Positions 47,667 to 64,000 of a DNA stretch of 64,000 bases are shown here, piece by piece. The position numbers and the translations under genes are program-made. This DNA is from Piromyces finnis finn (Eukaryota > Fungi > Neocallimastigomycota). The notes beneath the pieces were generated by a model. It saw only the letters and a program-made list of their open reading frames with translations, was not told where the DNA came from and searched no databases. The stretch spans positions 372,001-436,000 of the forward strand of contig MCFH01000044.1 of assembly GCA_002104945.1 (NCBI GenBank). Reading direction: 5' to 3'. Numbering within the stretch: position 1 is the stretch's first letter; each line of letters begins with the position of its first letter.

Positions 47667-50177
47667 ATGATGAAAAACACTTTAATATTAAAAATAATAA
47701 TTATAATTATTTCTTTTTTATTGCCATGTAATGCTATATTTACTGTTTTAGAAACAAAATTTAAATTGTATTATAGTGAATATGATCAAAAAGTTGGCTT
47801 AAGTAATTCTTATCGTTCCTATGCATTATTTAACGTAGATATTGGAATTCAACAAAACTTTAAAAAAGCTGAAGTTATGAATTATATTACAGGATTTCTT
47901 GATAAAAATACAAAATCTAACCCACAAATTCCAATTCAAGAAAGATGTGCAGTATATTACTCAATTAATATTGAAAAGGAAAATACCACCGAATCAATAG
48001 TTAATAAAATTTATCAAAGTAAAAATAACATCTCAATTGGAAAGGTTGTTAAGCCATTTTTATTTCTTAATTATACAGATATATTAGAACATCATTGCGA
48101 TATTGACGATGTAATCTTTGTTAATAATTGGAATAAATCTAACAGTGATGATAAAATGGAAGAATCCTCTAATGATATTTTTATCTATGAAAACAATGAG
48201 TCCTCCATAATCTATAATAAAAATCATACAAAGAATATTGTTAACAATATGATTAATATTAATGGTAATAATAATAAACGAGATAATACCATCCACGAAA
48301 ATGAATATCTAAAAACTATTATTATTGAACCTTCCATGATAATTATTAGTCTTCCAGAAAAGGATTTTGAAAAAATGAAAACAGAAACGGATCCAAATAT
48401 TATTGGTTTAAAATATACAAAGAAAATTATGTATTCAAAAATTCCAATTACATTTGTTAAAGATGATGAATTACTCTTTTTAACATCAAATATTACTACT
48501 AATCAATTATGGATGCAAATGATACCAGCTCCAACTGAAGCTACAATTTTTCAATATCAAAATTCTACAAAAGTTGGTTATGTTATAGAATTTTTAATAA
48601 ATATTTCTCTTTTCTTTTACACCTTATTCATTAATTGTAATAGTTTTAAAAAACATTCAAAAGACAAGAAAAAAATATTAAATAAATCAAAGAATAGCAA
48701 TAAAGAATATAAAAAACTTAATTATCATATTCTTGGTCTTTGCCTTTTATCTACATTTTGTAAGAACTTCAAATTATTTTTAATTGCCATTTTATTAAAT
48801 TTTTATATGCTATATAAACTAATAATATATTTAATATTATTCATATAATCTAATATTTAAAAGGTTTTTTATTGGCTTCTCTACTTAAAGTTAGAATTGT
48901 ATATAAATATATTCCATTTATTACATCAGTAATTGAATATAGTGGACATGTTATTTTAACAAATATGGGTTATCTTTCATGCTATATATGTGGCTCCTTG
49001 TTACTTTATAAATTCATTGACGCTTATACAAAAAATTATATTTTTATTAAAACTCTCACTATTGTATGTGTATAGTTAAATTAATATTTTATATAAATAA
49101 ATAAATAAATAAATATGATATACTGATTAATAAATTAAAACAATATTATATATATAACATATAATCTAGTGCTCAAGTTTTATTATTTTACCTTGTTCAA
49201 TGATTATTAAAGTAATATTCGATTTACTAAATTTTTGGTGGTGCTCAATTATTAAATCACTTGCCTTTTATACTGTAATTTTTATTCTTTTTCTTCAATG
49301 TATTGGTATTTCCATTTTTGGTAAAAAAATTTATAATGTATTATCAAAATCACAAGAAACTATTTTGAATAGTCCATACCAGCCTAAAGCTAGTGATGAT
49401 AATATAAGTAATGGATCATATAAACCAAAATATCGTGTTTCCATTCTTACGATATCAGGGTAAATATTAAAAACTACTTAGTTTTCATACAATATTAATA
49501 AATAATATTATCCTTTTTTATTAATTTTATACTAACTTTAATTAATATCTTATTTTTTTTACTTTCATAGCTGTATACTTTTTATTGCCCAATTAATTAG
49601 TTTAATTATTTTTAATATATTAACAGAATCTGGAACAAGTTTTTGGATTATTCTTTTGGCTCGTATTATTTTAACTGATGGTTGTGTCTATTTAATTATA
49701 TTACTATTTAAAAATGAAAATACAGGTAAACAAAGATCCCCTGTTTGTAATTCTCCATATACTCCATATTCTCAATCATCAAACGCATCTTTTATATTTA
49801 ATTGTAATAAAACTGTTTTTAATGAAACACCAATAATACCTCCTTCTTCTTTTGTCCTTAATGATAGTGATTGTCTCAAATTAGATAATAATCAAAATCG
49901 AAAAAGTGGTTATAAAAATATTAAAGATGACCATTATAAAAAAATATCTAATAAGAATATACATAAAAGTCAGATTAATCATTATTCAAATTCGTCATGT
50001 AATATAAAGAATAATGATACAGCCATAAACATTATATATGATATTGATAATGGCAATAAAAAAGACAGAAATACTACAAAAAGCAATATTAATGAAAGTT
50101 TTGATGCAATTTTTAAAGAAATTGAAGATTCAATTATTACTTTAAGTGAGCATTCTGAATATATGAATGTTAATTAA
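47667..50177 (+). CDS. Putative 7-TM receptor-like membrane protein with signal peptide and about 270-aa ectodomain (paralogue A)
   Basis: Exons 47667-48759, 48864-49063, 49170-49459, 49571-50177 join in frame. N-terminal hydrophobic signal (IIIIIISFLLPCNA), N-x-S/T-rich ectodomain, seven hydrophobic segments after FQYQNSTKVG, Ser/Pro-rich tail. Confidence 0.72.
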
Positions 50178-51664
50178 TCAGAAAAAGAATATTTTATGAA
50201 AATTAAGAAAAGGATTAATTATACGTTTTATAATAATAATACTTTCAATAATAAATAGTTATGACTAATAATTTTTATAAAATACTTAAAGTTATTAAAT
50301 ACTGTAAATAGTTATAATTTTTTTTTTTTTTTTTTGATAATTTTTTGTAAATTTTTTTATATTTAATGATAATATATATATTATGTAAATTAATTTAACT
50401 GAAAAATAAAATAAAATATAATAAAATATAATATATTATTATTTTATAAAAATATAGGAAAATAATAATAATAATAGTTATTTAATTAATTTTTAAAAAA
50501 TATAAAATATTATAATGGTATAATTATTACTATTACTAGATCAATGATATATGGCAAATATTTATTATAATGAAAAGTCATAGATATAATATTATATTAT
50601 TTATATATAGAATTTTTATAATAGTTACATTTTTTTATATTTTCATTATGTAAATTTATAAATATGTACAATACAAAATAAAATAAAATATGACTGAATA
50701 AAATAATATAAATAAAAGAAATCTAAATACAATTATTGTAAACTAAAACTCATCATTCTAATACTACCCTTTATGAAGTAATAATTATAATTCCATTTTC
50801 GACTAATTTAATAAATATAATATAAATAAAATTTCATATATATATGAGCATGTAAATGAGAATTAGAAGATCTTAATATTATTAAATTTGTAGAATTTCA
50901 AAGTAACAACAAAAGCATTGTAATATTATATTATATAAAAATATAATTAATTAAATATTAAAACTATGTAATAAATATATGAATATATGCATCTACTAAA
51001 TATTAATTCTTTATATTAACAAAATGAAGAGTAAATCTAAATTTTAATAGTAATATAATTATACTATATAATATATATAATTATTTAATTATTCTTTTTA
51101 CTAAGTGGTTAAAAATAGTAATTAAAATAAACGTCAATTATTTAAATATCACATATTAATAATAAAAAAAAATAATGGATTGTGTAACATAAAAATAACG
51201 AAAAATAAATTAAAACTTTGTTCTTGATATAAGTACAAAGAGAAAAATAAAAATAATGAATTATTTTATAATGCATATTTTTTTGTAAAATTCTAATTAA
51301 TATTATTAATAATTACCTTAATATGCATCAAATAAATATGAATAAAGATAGATATATTTATGTAAGATATTTAATTTATTTCATATTTGATATTAATAAA
51401 TTATTAAAATTTTAAAAAAAAGATAAAATGCGGTAAAAAGTCTTTTGAAAAAAAAAAAAAAAGAATTTCAACTTAATATAATATTAAAAATAATTTAATT
51501 TATAATAATTGTATTTTTCTTTATTTTGTTTATATTACCTTATTAGCATTATATTTTACAACTTATTGTAAATATCTATAATTTAAAATAACTAAAAATA
51601 TATATATATATAATTCTAAATAATTTACCTAATTAAATAAATTTAATCAGAAAAACGTATAAAA

Positions 51665-54600
51665 ATGAATTCTTTTAATTTTATTTCTTCTATATGTTTA
51701 TTTATCCATTGGTCTTTTGCATCCTTTTTCATTTTTGAAGCAAAATCAGAAATAGATTTTAATGAGGATAAGCAAAGTCTTCATATTAATAGTCAATATC
51801 AATATTACACTGTTGGAAATGTCGATATTCCTGGTGTCTTATATAACTATGACAGTATCGTTAATTACAACTATTTAGATGGTTATATAGATAAATTTCA
51901 AGTTAATAGTACAGAGCGATGCCATTTAACCTATAATATTAATTACTTATACAATCATGAAATTAGTAAAGATACATTAAATGAAATATCTTTCAATGGT
52001 ACTTCGGATAAAAATGTAAAAAATGTAGTAAATAAAAATTATATAATGAAAAAAAAACATTCATTTAATCCAGAAAATTTTCTTTCCTATTCTTTTAAAT
52101 CTCAAACTATGAACAATATTAATAATAATACTATTATCAGTGATGCTGAAACTACTTCCAAAAAAAATATAACTAATTTAATGGGGGTTGAAGAATTAAT
52201 AATTGATAAAAAAGAACTCACAGTTACCATTAATCATGCCATTAAAACATTAAATATAAATAAATACAATATGCAAAATAAATATATAAGTAATCCTATT
52301 GTTTTTATTAATTATAATGACATAGTAGAAGTTGGTTGTTCTCTCTACGAGATTATTACGTTAAATCATTGGAACGACATAATAAATGCAAATGAAACCT
52401 TAAATATGGAAAATAAACAAGAAAAAGAAAATAATTGTGAAAACTCATCATCTTACTTAATAAGACCTTCACTTATTGCTCTTATTGTTAATGAAAAAGA
52501 TTTATATAACATTAAAATGGAATCTAACGCTAATAAAATTGGAATTAAATATGCAAAATTATTTTTAGCTTCTACAATACCAATAACTTTTATTTCTAGA
52601 AAAGAGTATGCAAATCTTATTGACAATAGTGAATCAAAGGAATTATGGATTCAAGTAACACCAGGTAATAATTTAATAAAACCATGAAAATAAAATTGTT
52701 ATAATACTTAATTATTTAACTTATATCTATATATTAAAATTAGCACCAACATCTACTACCATATTTCAATATCAAAATTCTACTAAAATTGGGCACATTA
52801 TTGGAACTATTGGAAGTATTTTTACATTTACATTTGCATTATATACTATGTTCTCAAAACTAATTAAAAACAGCTTTTCAATAAGAAAAAAATTCAAATT
52901 TCATTTAAATAGCAAAATAATTTTTATATATTTCTTTGCATCACTATGTAAATATATATATATATATATATATATTATTTTTAAAATTAAATTTAAAAAA
53001 AGAAAAAATATATATCTAATTTATATATACTAAATATGCAATATTTTTAATATTTAAAAAAATGTTCCAAAATAAAACAGTATTTGTTTTTTCATGGATT
53101 ATAAAAACTACTTTTATATATCAAGAAGTTGCTTTTATTACTTCTCCAATTATTTTATATATAAAGGAAATCATTACCAATTATGCTTATCTTTTATGTA
53201 ATATTGGTGGCTCTCTCTATATATCTTGTCTTCTTGAAAAATTTAAAGGAATTAATAATGCTTATTATGATATTTTTCTCAAGGTAAATTACTTTAAATA
53301 CATATTTAATAACTAATAGTAATGTTAATAATTAAACCTATTTATTTTAAACTCATTTATAGGTTACGAATTTTATTATTGAACCAATTATTATCATTGT
53401 TAATATCTTTATTAATAATATGGATAATGTTATTATATATTATATTTATTACATTTCTAATATTTTAATAATTATAATCATATCTGTTCAGGCATTCTTA
53501 TATTTAAGCTCTGGAAAATATATATATCATTTATTAATAACATTTTACGAAGAACAAGAAGATAAAAATTACATCCCAATTACTAGTATTGATAACTTTA
53601 TTGAACATCACAAGCTTAATAAAAATACTTTTTATGCGGCACCATCATTGTAAGTCTATTAATATATATAGATAATCAAAATTAATACTAGAATAATGAA
53701 ATAATAACTAATTTTTAATACTATAATATAATAGATGTTATCTATACTTTTTTCAACTTTTAAGTTTCATTGTATATAAAAGTTTTTATGAATCTGGTAT
53801 AGGATTTTGGATCATTCTTATTACACAACTCTTATTTATAAATACATGTATTTTTATAACACTTTTTATCTTTAGCCAAAAATATTCTAATTATAAATTA
53901 AATAGAGAAATGGAAAAAAATTTAAAAATATTAGACAATAATAAATGGTATCTTGCTGTGTCAAAAAGAAATATAGATTTTAATTCAATTCCTGATACTG
54001 ATATTAACATTAAATCAAAATTTAATCATTTTATTCCTGAAACTTCATATAGTCAACAATATTTAGCAAAAAATAACAGTAACTATCAGATTAAAGATAA
54101 TTTATATGTATTAAAAAATAATAGTAATTCAAATATCAAAACGTTATATAATATTAAAAAAAATAGTAATCAGGAAAATAAAAATAATACTAACTATTTA
54201 TTAAATTCTTATTCTGGCCCTCCAAACCAAGCAACATTAACTAATTCAAAAAAGAGTTTAAGTTCATCATCTGCTATCATCAAAGATATAAATAGCACAT
54301 CACACCTTAACTCTTTATCTAGTTGTATTCATAATTCAAAGGATTTATTAATACCTTCAATTACTAATATACCCTACACTATTACAGCTTCTGAAGATAA
54401 AACTCCTACTTCTGCTTCCCCTTCATTTACATCATATTCAAGTAACAAAGCTTATCATTTTCCATCAGTATTTGAACAACAACCTTCTATTGATTTTACT
54501 TCTCGCTACAAAAGTCTCATCACTACAATTAAACCTAGAAATAGTTGTAGAGATATCTATAGTAAAGGATTACATGAAAAAAAGGCTATAAATAATTATA

Positions 54601-56129
54601 ATAATTCAGTAACGAAAGATCAAAGTGTTTTATATAAAAAAAATACTTCTTATCCATCTTGTTGTACAGATATACCAAATGAAATAATTAATACATTTTC
54701 TAAACAAAAAATAAAACCTAGTGTTGAAAATAGTATTAGCATACCTTTTAAAGATATGAATCAATCCATTAATATGTGCACTATTGATACACCTACTATA
54801 ATTCAGTCAAATACTGAAAATATTAAAGATAAAAATAACTCATCTAATGTAAAGATAAATATTCTTTCTCACTGTACTGCCAATCCTAAATCGACTAATA
54901 ATAATTTACCTGTATCAATAGAAGTTGAACCAGAAAGAAAAATTAAAAAAATTCACAGTATAAAAAAAAAACTTTTAAAAAGTATATCCACATTAACTAT
55001 ATCATCTTTTGATAAAGAAAAAAATAAAAATAGCTCTACGAATCAAATTGAAAAACATAATAAAAATATAAAAAAAACATTAAACTTTGGAAGTTCATCA
55101 TTAAATCAAGAAATAAATAGTAAAAATAAATGTAATTTTATTAGTATTCCAATAAATAATCAATACAGACCACTTTTTAATAATATATATTCAACAAAAA
55201 AAGATATCCCTTCATTAAAAAACAATAATGATAATAATGATGATAATAGTAGCAGTTGCTCTTCTTCTGGTTCTAGTTCAATACATACAATAAATTTTGA
55301 TATTCAAGCAATGAGTACTTTACTTTATAATAATGAAAAAATCCCACAATCCTCAATATCGTCAACTTTACTTGGTTCTACACAAAATATTCAACCAGAA
55401 AATAAAGAAAAAGAAAAAATATATTGTCATAAATTAAATAATAGAAATATTATTGAAAGCTCTAATAATAATAGCGTTGAGAATAAAAAAGAAAAACAAA
55501 AATGTAGTATCGAACATTATCAAGAAAAAAATCATAAAAAATTTATTGTTCTTAAGGATGATACAGATGATAGTATAATATACACGAAAGGCTTTCACAA
55601 TAAAAGAAACTTTATTGTTCTTAAAGAACAAGATGAGGATATAAAAAATGAACACCATAAAAATAATAACGAAATATTAAAAATAAACAATGACGATAAT
55701 TATAATAATAATAATAATAACAATTTACCCTTAAAAGTAAAATATGAATCAAAAAAGTATGTAGAAAGGGTAAATGAGGAACAAGAAAAAGATAGTGAAA
55801 ATATATATGAAAAGGGAATTAATAACAAGCTTAAAAAAAAAAGAACTTTTAACAATCTTAAATCATTTAATTATTTCAATAATAATGATGAAAATATTTT
55901 CTCCTATTCATCAACTTCTTCTTTTTCATCAATAAAAGAGAAAAATAGTATCAATATTTATTCTAAAACTTCCTCAAATCAACTTAAAGTTACTATTCCT
56001 AAAGCAATAATAATTAATAAAGGTAGTAATACTAGTAATACATTCACTAAGGAACCATCTCCTCTCTCCAATATAACTACATTAAACATCCTTCATCCAA
56101 AATCAATACCTAAGAAAATTCCTAATTAA
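51665..56129 (+). CDS. Putative 7-TM receptor-like membrane protein (paralogue B) with about 740-aa low-complexity cytoplasmic tail
   Basis: Exons 51665-52664, 52745-52948, 53081-53283, 53363-53649, 53735-56129 join in frame. Shared with paralogue A: P(F/I)xFxNYxDI, IRPS/IEPS, IG(L/I)KY..(K/T)IPITF, LW(M/I)QxxPAP, TIFQYQNSTK(V/I)G, ESGxxFWIIL. Confidence 0.72.
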
Positions 56130-56512
56130 AGTTCTAATTTTAATGTCTACAATCCACCAATATTAAATATTCATAATAATTCTGATTGTAGCCCTAAAAA
56201 TACAGTTTACTATTTTAATTATTTAAAAAAATCGTATACTAAAGTAATAATAAATATATTAAAATTAATTAAACAAGTCTAGAAACCAATATTAATACCA
56301 AGATGAATTAGTAATATCCCTGTTTTTTTACCTTGAAATTTTCTGGTTAAGAGTCTGGCAGAGGTCGAATTTTTCTGACTAAAATTTCTGGCTAAAATCG
56401 CCAAAAATCTAGGATAATTACTAATTCATCCAAGATTTTCCAGTCTATTATTCCCTCTGAAAAAACATATTATTATGATATTGTTATGGGTTAATAATAA
56501 TTCATATTTTTT

Positions 56513-56558
<46 letters not shown>

Positions 56559-57923
56559 CACATATCATAATAAAAACATAATAAAAAATCATTAGTAACT
56601 ATTTTGATCTATTCTGATGTAGATCCTTTACTGTTTTTTTTTTATTGTAATAAAGAAAATAAAAATATAAATAATATTTCTAACATGATAACTAATTTTA
56701 CAACAGAAAATGATTTTCATATCTAATTTATAAAATTACAAACTATACCATTATCAATTATTTATTCATTTTTAACATTTTTCTATTAATTTCTAAATAA
56801 ATAAAAAAAAAATAGAGATCATAAACCTAACACAAGAATGAAACTGATTTTTTTATAAGTCTAATAATTCAGAGTTATCAATATCATAAATTTTATTTAA
56901 TTTTCTTGAAGGTGAAAATATAAAATTTTTTAAGGCTATTCTAATAACTAGAAACTAAACTAATTATTGATAATAAGGAAATAATGTAAATCTTTTTTAA
57001 TAATTAATTTTTATATTTTAAAATACTGAAAGAAAATGTATTTCTTGTTTTATTTATATAATTATAATACTAAAATATTTGATAAGAAATAACATATATA
57101 AATATACAATAAAATATAAAAAATTATAAGTTTCATAACATTCATGTGAACTCTAATGTTTAATCAACTTTGTCTTTGTAATTACTAACATTTCCAATAA
57201 AGCATTTGAATACGTTTTAAAAATATATTGAATAAATATAATTTATTTATAATAGTGTAATTTTAATGTGAGACATGATATAAATTTTCATCGCTATATT
57301 GATTTATTGTTTATTTTTATTTTTGTGTATATGTCAAGTATTTGATGAAAACAAATAATTTATGTTTGGTTGTTGAGTAAATGTATTTATGATTCCTATT
57401 ATTTTTTTTTTTTTTTAACTACAACAAATATTTTAAGATCTTTATTATTATTTCTCTTTTATTAAAAAGAGGGAAAAAATAATAATAATAATTAAAATAA
57501 AAACTTTCCAAAAGAAAAAACTATATCAATCATTAAAATTAAATAATAATTATCTATTTTTACCATAGCCTTATAAAATTCAGTATCTATCAACAATTCT
57601 CCGCTAATATTTTTTATAATTTTTTTTTTATTTTATTTTATTTATACAATGTTTAATTTTAAAATTTTAAAAGAGCGTTTTTATTATATATTATAATTTT
57701 ATTTCTCTTATTTATATCTAATAAGAACTGTTATTTTTTGTTTTTTGTTTATTATTAATTATATAATTTTTTATTTTTTATCTTTCTAAATTGCTTTTAT
57801 ATATAATTAATTTAAAATTAAAAAAATTTATAAGATAAAAGATATAATGAATGAAACGATTTTGTTCTTTGTTCTTTGTTTTTGTTTTGATTATTTCGTT
57901 TTTTCGTTTTTTTCGTTGTTATT

Positions 57924-57955
<32 letters not shown>

Positions 57956-58559
57956 CATTTCGTTACTTTTTATAATAAACTTCCTTTTTTTTAAATATTT
58001 TTTCTTCTTTTTTTTTTCTTGATCTACAACTTTTTAAATTTTCTACCTCATTATTTTATCGAAAGAATTATTTTAAAAGATTATTATATATTTTTTATAA
58101 AACTTTAAAAAACATATATAAATAAAAAATTTTGGGTAAAATATATATATATTTATTTAGGTTTTAATTAAAAATATATAATAGATCTTTTAAATAAAAT
58201 ATTTCTTTTCTTTTATAGAAAATACAGAGGTATACATTTAAAAGTATTATTTTTCAAGGATGGTAAAAACAGAAAAATATTAATATTTAAAAAAAATACT
58301 TTTTGTTTATAAATTAAAAAAATAGATAAAAAAATTGAAAATAAATAATTTATATTTATAATATTCTTTTCTTTCCTCTAAAATAAAAATCTAAATAAGA
58401 ATGGAATATAATATCTTTTCATGATAAAGGTTAAAAGATAATAGAATGTTTCAAAAGTGGGTAAATTATAAAATTCTTTTCACTAAAAAAAAATAACATT
58501 TTTAATTAAAAAATTTTATATTATAGGAATATATGATGTTTCAAAAACTATTGATTTAT

Positions 58560-60669
<2,110 letters not shown>

Positions 60670-63180
60670 TTATATATAATAATAATATTAATAATTCTAT
60701 CCATACATATTTACTTACAAATTTATTAATATTTTCTTATTAAATTTTTTTTCTATTATAAACATTTATTTTTTATGATATTTTTAACTATCTATTTTCA
60801 ATTTTTCATTCTATCTAAAATTATTTCGATATTCTTTATTTTTATTTAATTAATTTCAATCGTCCATCTATTATCAATTAAAAATATTATACAATTATTA
60901 CTTATTAAAATAATATTTTACTTTATATGTATATATATTAAATAAATAGTTTTAAATGAGGGTATATATAAATATTTTTTTTGATTGTGTTAAGGTATTA
61001 ATAAATTAATTTTTAAAGATAGTATATTTATTTTTATATTATAATTTAACAATTTAACGTTTTTATATATTATTATTTTCTATATATTGTTAATTTTTTT
61101 GTCTGCACTTTAATTACTTATTTATATTTTCTTTTTTTTTTTTTTTTTGAAAAACTTTTTACCTTTATATATAAAATATTCCTTTTAAAAATGTTATAAA
61201 TTAATAATTAGAATAATATTTAGCAAAGAGAAAAAAAAAAAAGAAAAAAAAGAAAAAAAAAACCGTAATTGTTTCCTTAAATTATTAAAAAAATTTTCGT
61301 TATTACTTTTTCCATACATTATTAATAAAAATCACACTTTTTTGTTATAATATGTAATATTTGAATAGATTAATGGAATAAAAAAATTATTTTATCCAGA
61401 AATTGCTAGTAAATATAACTCTAATTAATATAAATTGTTTTGCAACACTTTTTTTATAAATTGATTAATATAATAAACTCATAATATTAATATATTATAA
61501 TATATTTAAACTGAAGTTGGTTAGAAATAGTATAATATATCAATATTTGGCATATATTAATTCAAATATCAAAAACCATTTTTAATATTTTTAATATTAT
61601 TTTAGTATAACAGTACATATATTAAAATATATTAAACATTTAGTTTAAAAAAATAAAACTAAGAAGTTTAAAGTTTATATTTCAATTATAATATATTGTC
61701 AATAAATTATAATATATATTAAATATTTTTTTTTAATTATTACCTTTAAAATAATTCATTTTTGAAATTGATATGTATAAAATTTTCAGAAATGATATAT
61801 AAAAATTTATTGAATGCTAATATGTATTATATGTTTATAGTTTACAAACCCACCACTCACAAGCATAAAAAATAGCTATGGAAAAATCATAAAATTAAAG
61901 GAAAAAACTCCTTCAATTAATTGAAAAATTAAATTTTGAATCTATAAAAGATGTAGCCTATAATTACTTAAAATTATAATTAGATATACAACATCCGATG
62001 GAACTATTAGACAATTAAATCATATGAAAGAACGAAGGAGATATTCTCAAAAAATTGGAAATTCTTGTATTATCAATTATAAAATTTACATTAATAATAA
62101 TATGCAAATTTTTATTTTTTATTATTATAAATATTATGAAATTTAAAATAATTACTATTAATGTTAATTACATATTAAAATAATAAATAATTAAAATATA
62201 AATGTAAAAAAATATTTAATCATTAATATTTTTATTTAAAAAACTTATATTCATTTTTTCTAATTTTAAATCATAAAAAATTAATATAACAGAAAAGATA
62301 CATCTATTTTTATTTTTATATTATCTATAAAAAAAATATAAATAAGCACATAATTTTTATTATTGAAATAGTCTAACCTTTCCAAAACTATATTAATATT
62401 TCCTTTTTTAGTATTAACCAGTTTGTTGTAATTAACTAATTTCTATAAAGTAAACATTTTTTTAAGAATAAAAGATAAATAAAACATTTTGTTTAATAAA
62501 TATAATTGTAAATATTTCAAAATAGTTTCTTTTTATTATTTTCATTTCAATATCTATATAACCATTTTAAAACTATTATTTGGAATATAAAAGTTTAATA
62601 CATAAATTAATTAATTTTTTTATGTCAAAATTTAAAGTTTTGTAGATTCATTTTTTTCCATGACGTATATATACGATTTTTTTTTTTTTTTTTGTAAAAA
62701 ATCATATATAAGAATTTTAACCCGTTTTTTAGAAACAAAATTTTAAATCCGAATATAATCCGAATATATTCATCAAAAATGATTGGTTTATATTTTTCTT
62801 TTCTATCAATGTTTAAAGTTTATATATTTATGTATGTACATATTTTAATTTATTGTGTAATTAAATTTATCCAAATTTTTTTTAAAGATTTTACCTAACC
62901 TTTTAAACTGACATGATTTGGATGAATATAAAATTAATATTGAGTGGAAAATTAATGATAAAAAATATTTTTATCTCTATCTCTATAATAATAGTAAAAT
63001 TATTATGAACTAAAATATATATTAATATTAATCATGATATAAAAATTTTATTTATTTTTATTTTATTATTATTGGTTAATATTCTTATCTACCAATCATA
63101 TCGTTTTATATTTAATCCATGATATTTTCATTTTTTGAAAATAATATTATTTAAATATATAAATTATTCTCATATAAAAC

Positions 63181-63456
63181 AGTTGGATATAGTGGTGTAT
63201 ATCTGTAAGCTAAATGTCTGAGCAACTGGATGTAGAATAGTATGAGTTATGAGATTGTGATTTAGGACTTTCTTATGTAGAGAGTTGGTCTTATTCAAGT
63301 ACTGAGTTAACATTAGTTAGAAGATGTAGGTCTTCTGACAAGGTTATTAACGAAGTGGGTAATGCGTGAGGCTGGTAACAGAGCAGCGAAAACCACTCGC
63401 TTGGTACGGTGATTGAGATAGCTGGCTTGAGTAAGAACCTATTTCTGCTTATAACA
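63181..63456. mobile_element. Probable solo LTR / retroelement remnant
   Basis: Island of about 270 nt with visibly higher GC than the flanks and no useful ORF. Ends in TATAACA. One reading gives TG(63193)...CA(63456) flanked by ATAG on both sides (possible 4-bp TSD). Confidence 0.45.
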
Positions 63457-64000
63457 ATAGTTACTAAACGAAATTCCTTTTTTATTTTTTTTACTTTTAT
63501 TTTAATAAAATAAATTTAATATCGAAAAAATTTGAAAATTTATTATGGTAATTAAATATTATATATTTATTAATATAAAACAATATTTATGTATTATACA
63601 TAAAATAAAGACATAAAAATTTTTTTTGAAAACTTATATAAAGGTTAGAATTTAAGATTTATTTATTTTAAGACTTGATATGAATTAAGCATTAGTAGGA
63701 TTATTCTTCTATGAATAGTTATATAATTGAGAAATAATAAGAGGCATTAATTTTTTGTTTTAACAAAATATTTTGAATTTTTCTAAATTTTAGTTGTTAC
63801 AAAGTAAATAAGTAATATTAAAAATACTTTATTATGTAAAATGATAAAGTTTTTAATTAGTAAATATGTAATAAATGTAATAAATAATTATATAATTTTA
63901 ACTGTTAGTAAATGAATTAAAGAATCTATTCTATTTTTCTGTTATTATTATTTTTTTTTCTTATTCCATCATTTTAATAAATATTTACTTATTTCTATTT

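Noticed and set aside
61850-62090. Slightly coding-looking stretch upstream of Hsp70
   Set aside because: Stops in all frames, no recognisable motif, and no consistent splice model.

Overview
Very AT-rich, intron-rich eukaryotic DNA, most consistent with an anaerobic gut fungus (Neocallimastigomycota). The basis is AT-rich GT-AG introns, AAT/TAAA microsatellites, intronless ankyrin paralogues and Hsp60/Hsp70 with organellar presequences. Many ORF-track entries are exons, which I joined by hand. Order: coiled-coil/acidic-repeat protein (minus, runs off the window); KIF-binding protein; CDK7/Kin28; SURF4/Erv29; Hsp10 and Hsp60 head-to-head; an ankyrin tandem array (1 pseudogene, 2 intact); a 79-aa two-exon dsRBD-like gene absent from the ORF track; a bacterial-type zinc-macrodomain plus class M sirtuin (SirTM) pair; a 12-TM two-domain class III adenylyl cyclase; two paralogous 7-TM receptor-like genes; mitochondrial-type Hsp70; a probable solo LTR. 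The best leads are (i) the Zn-Macro/SirTM ADP-ribosylation module, unfused, without its bacterial partner genes and with a signal-like extension on the sirtuin, (ii) the adjacent solo dsRBD gene, and (iii) a cyclase whose catalytic half-sites are in reverse order relative to animal tmACs. No searches were run, so family calls rest on motifs read by eye.
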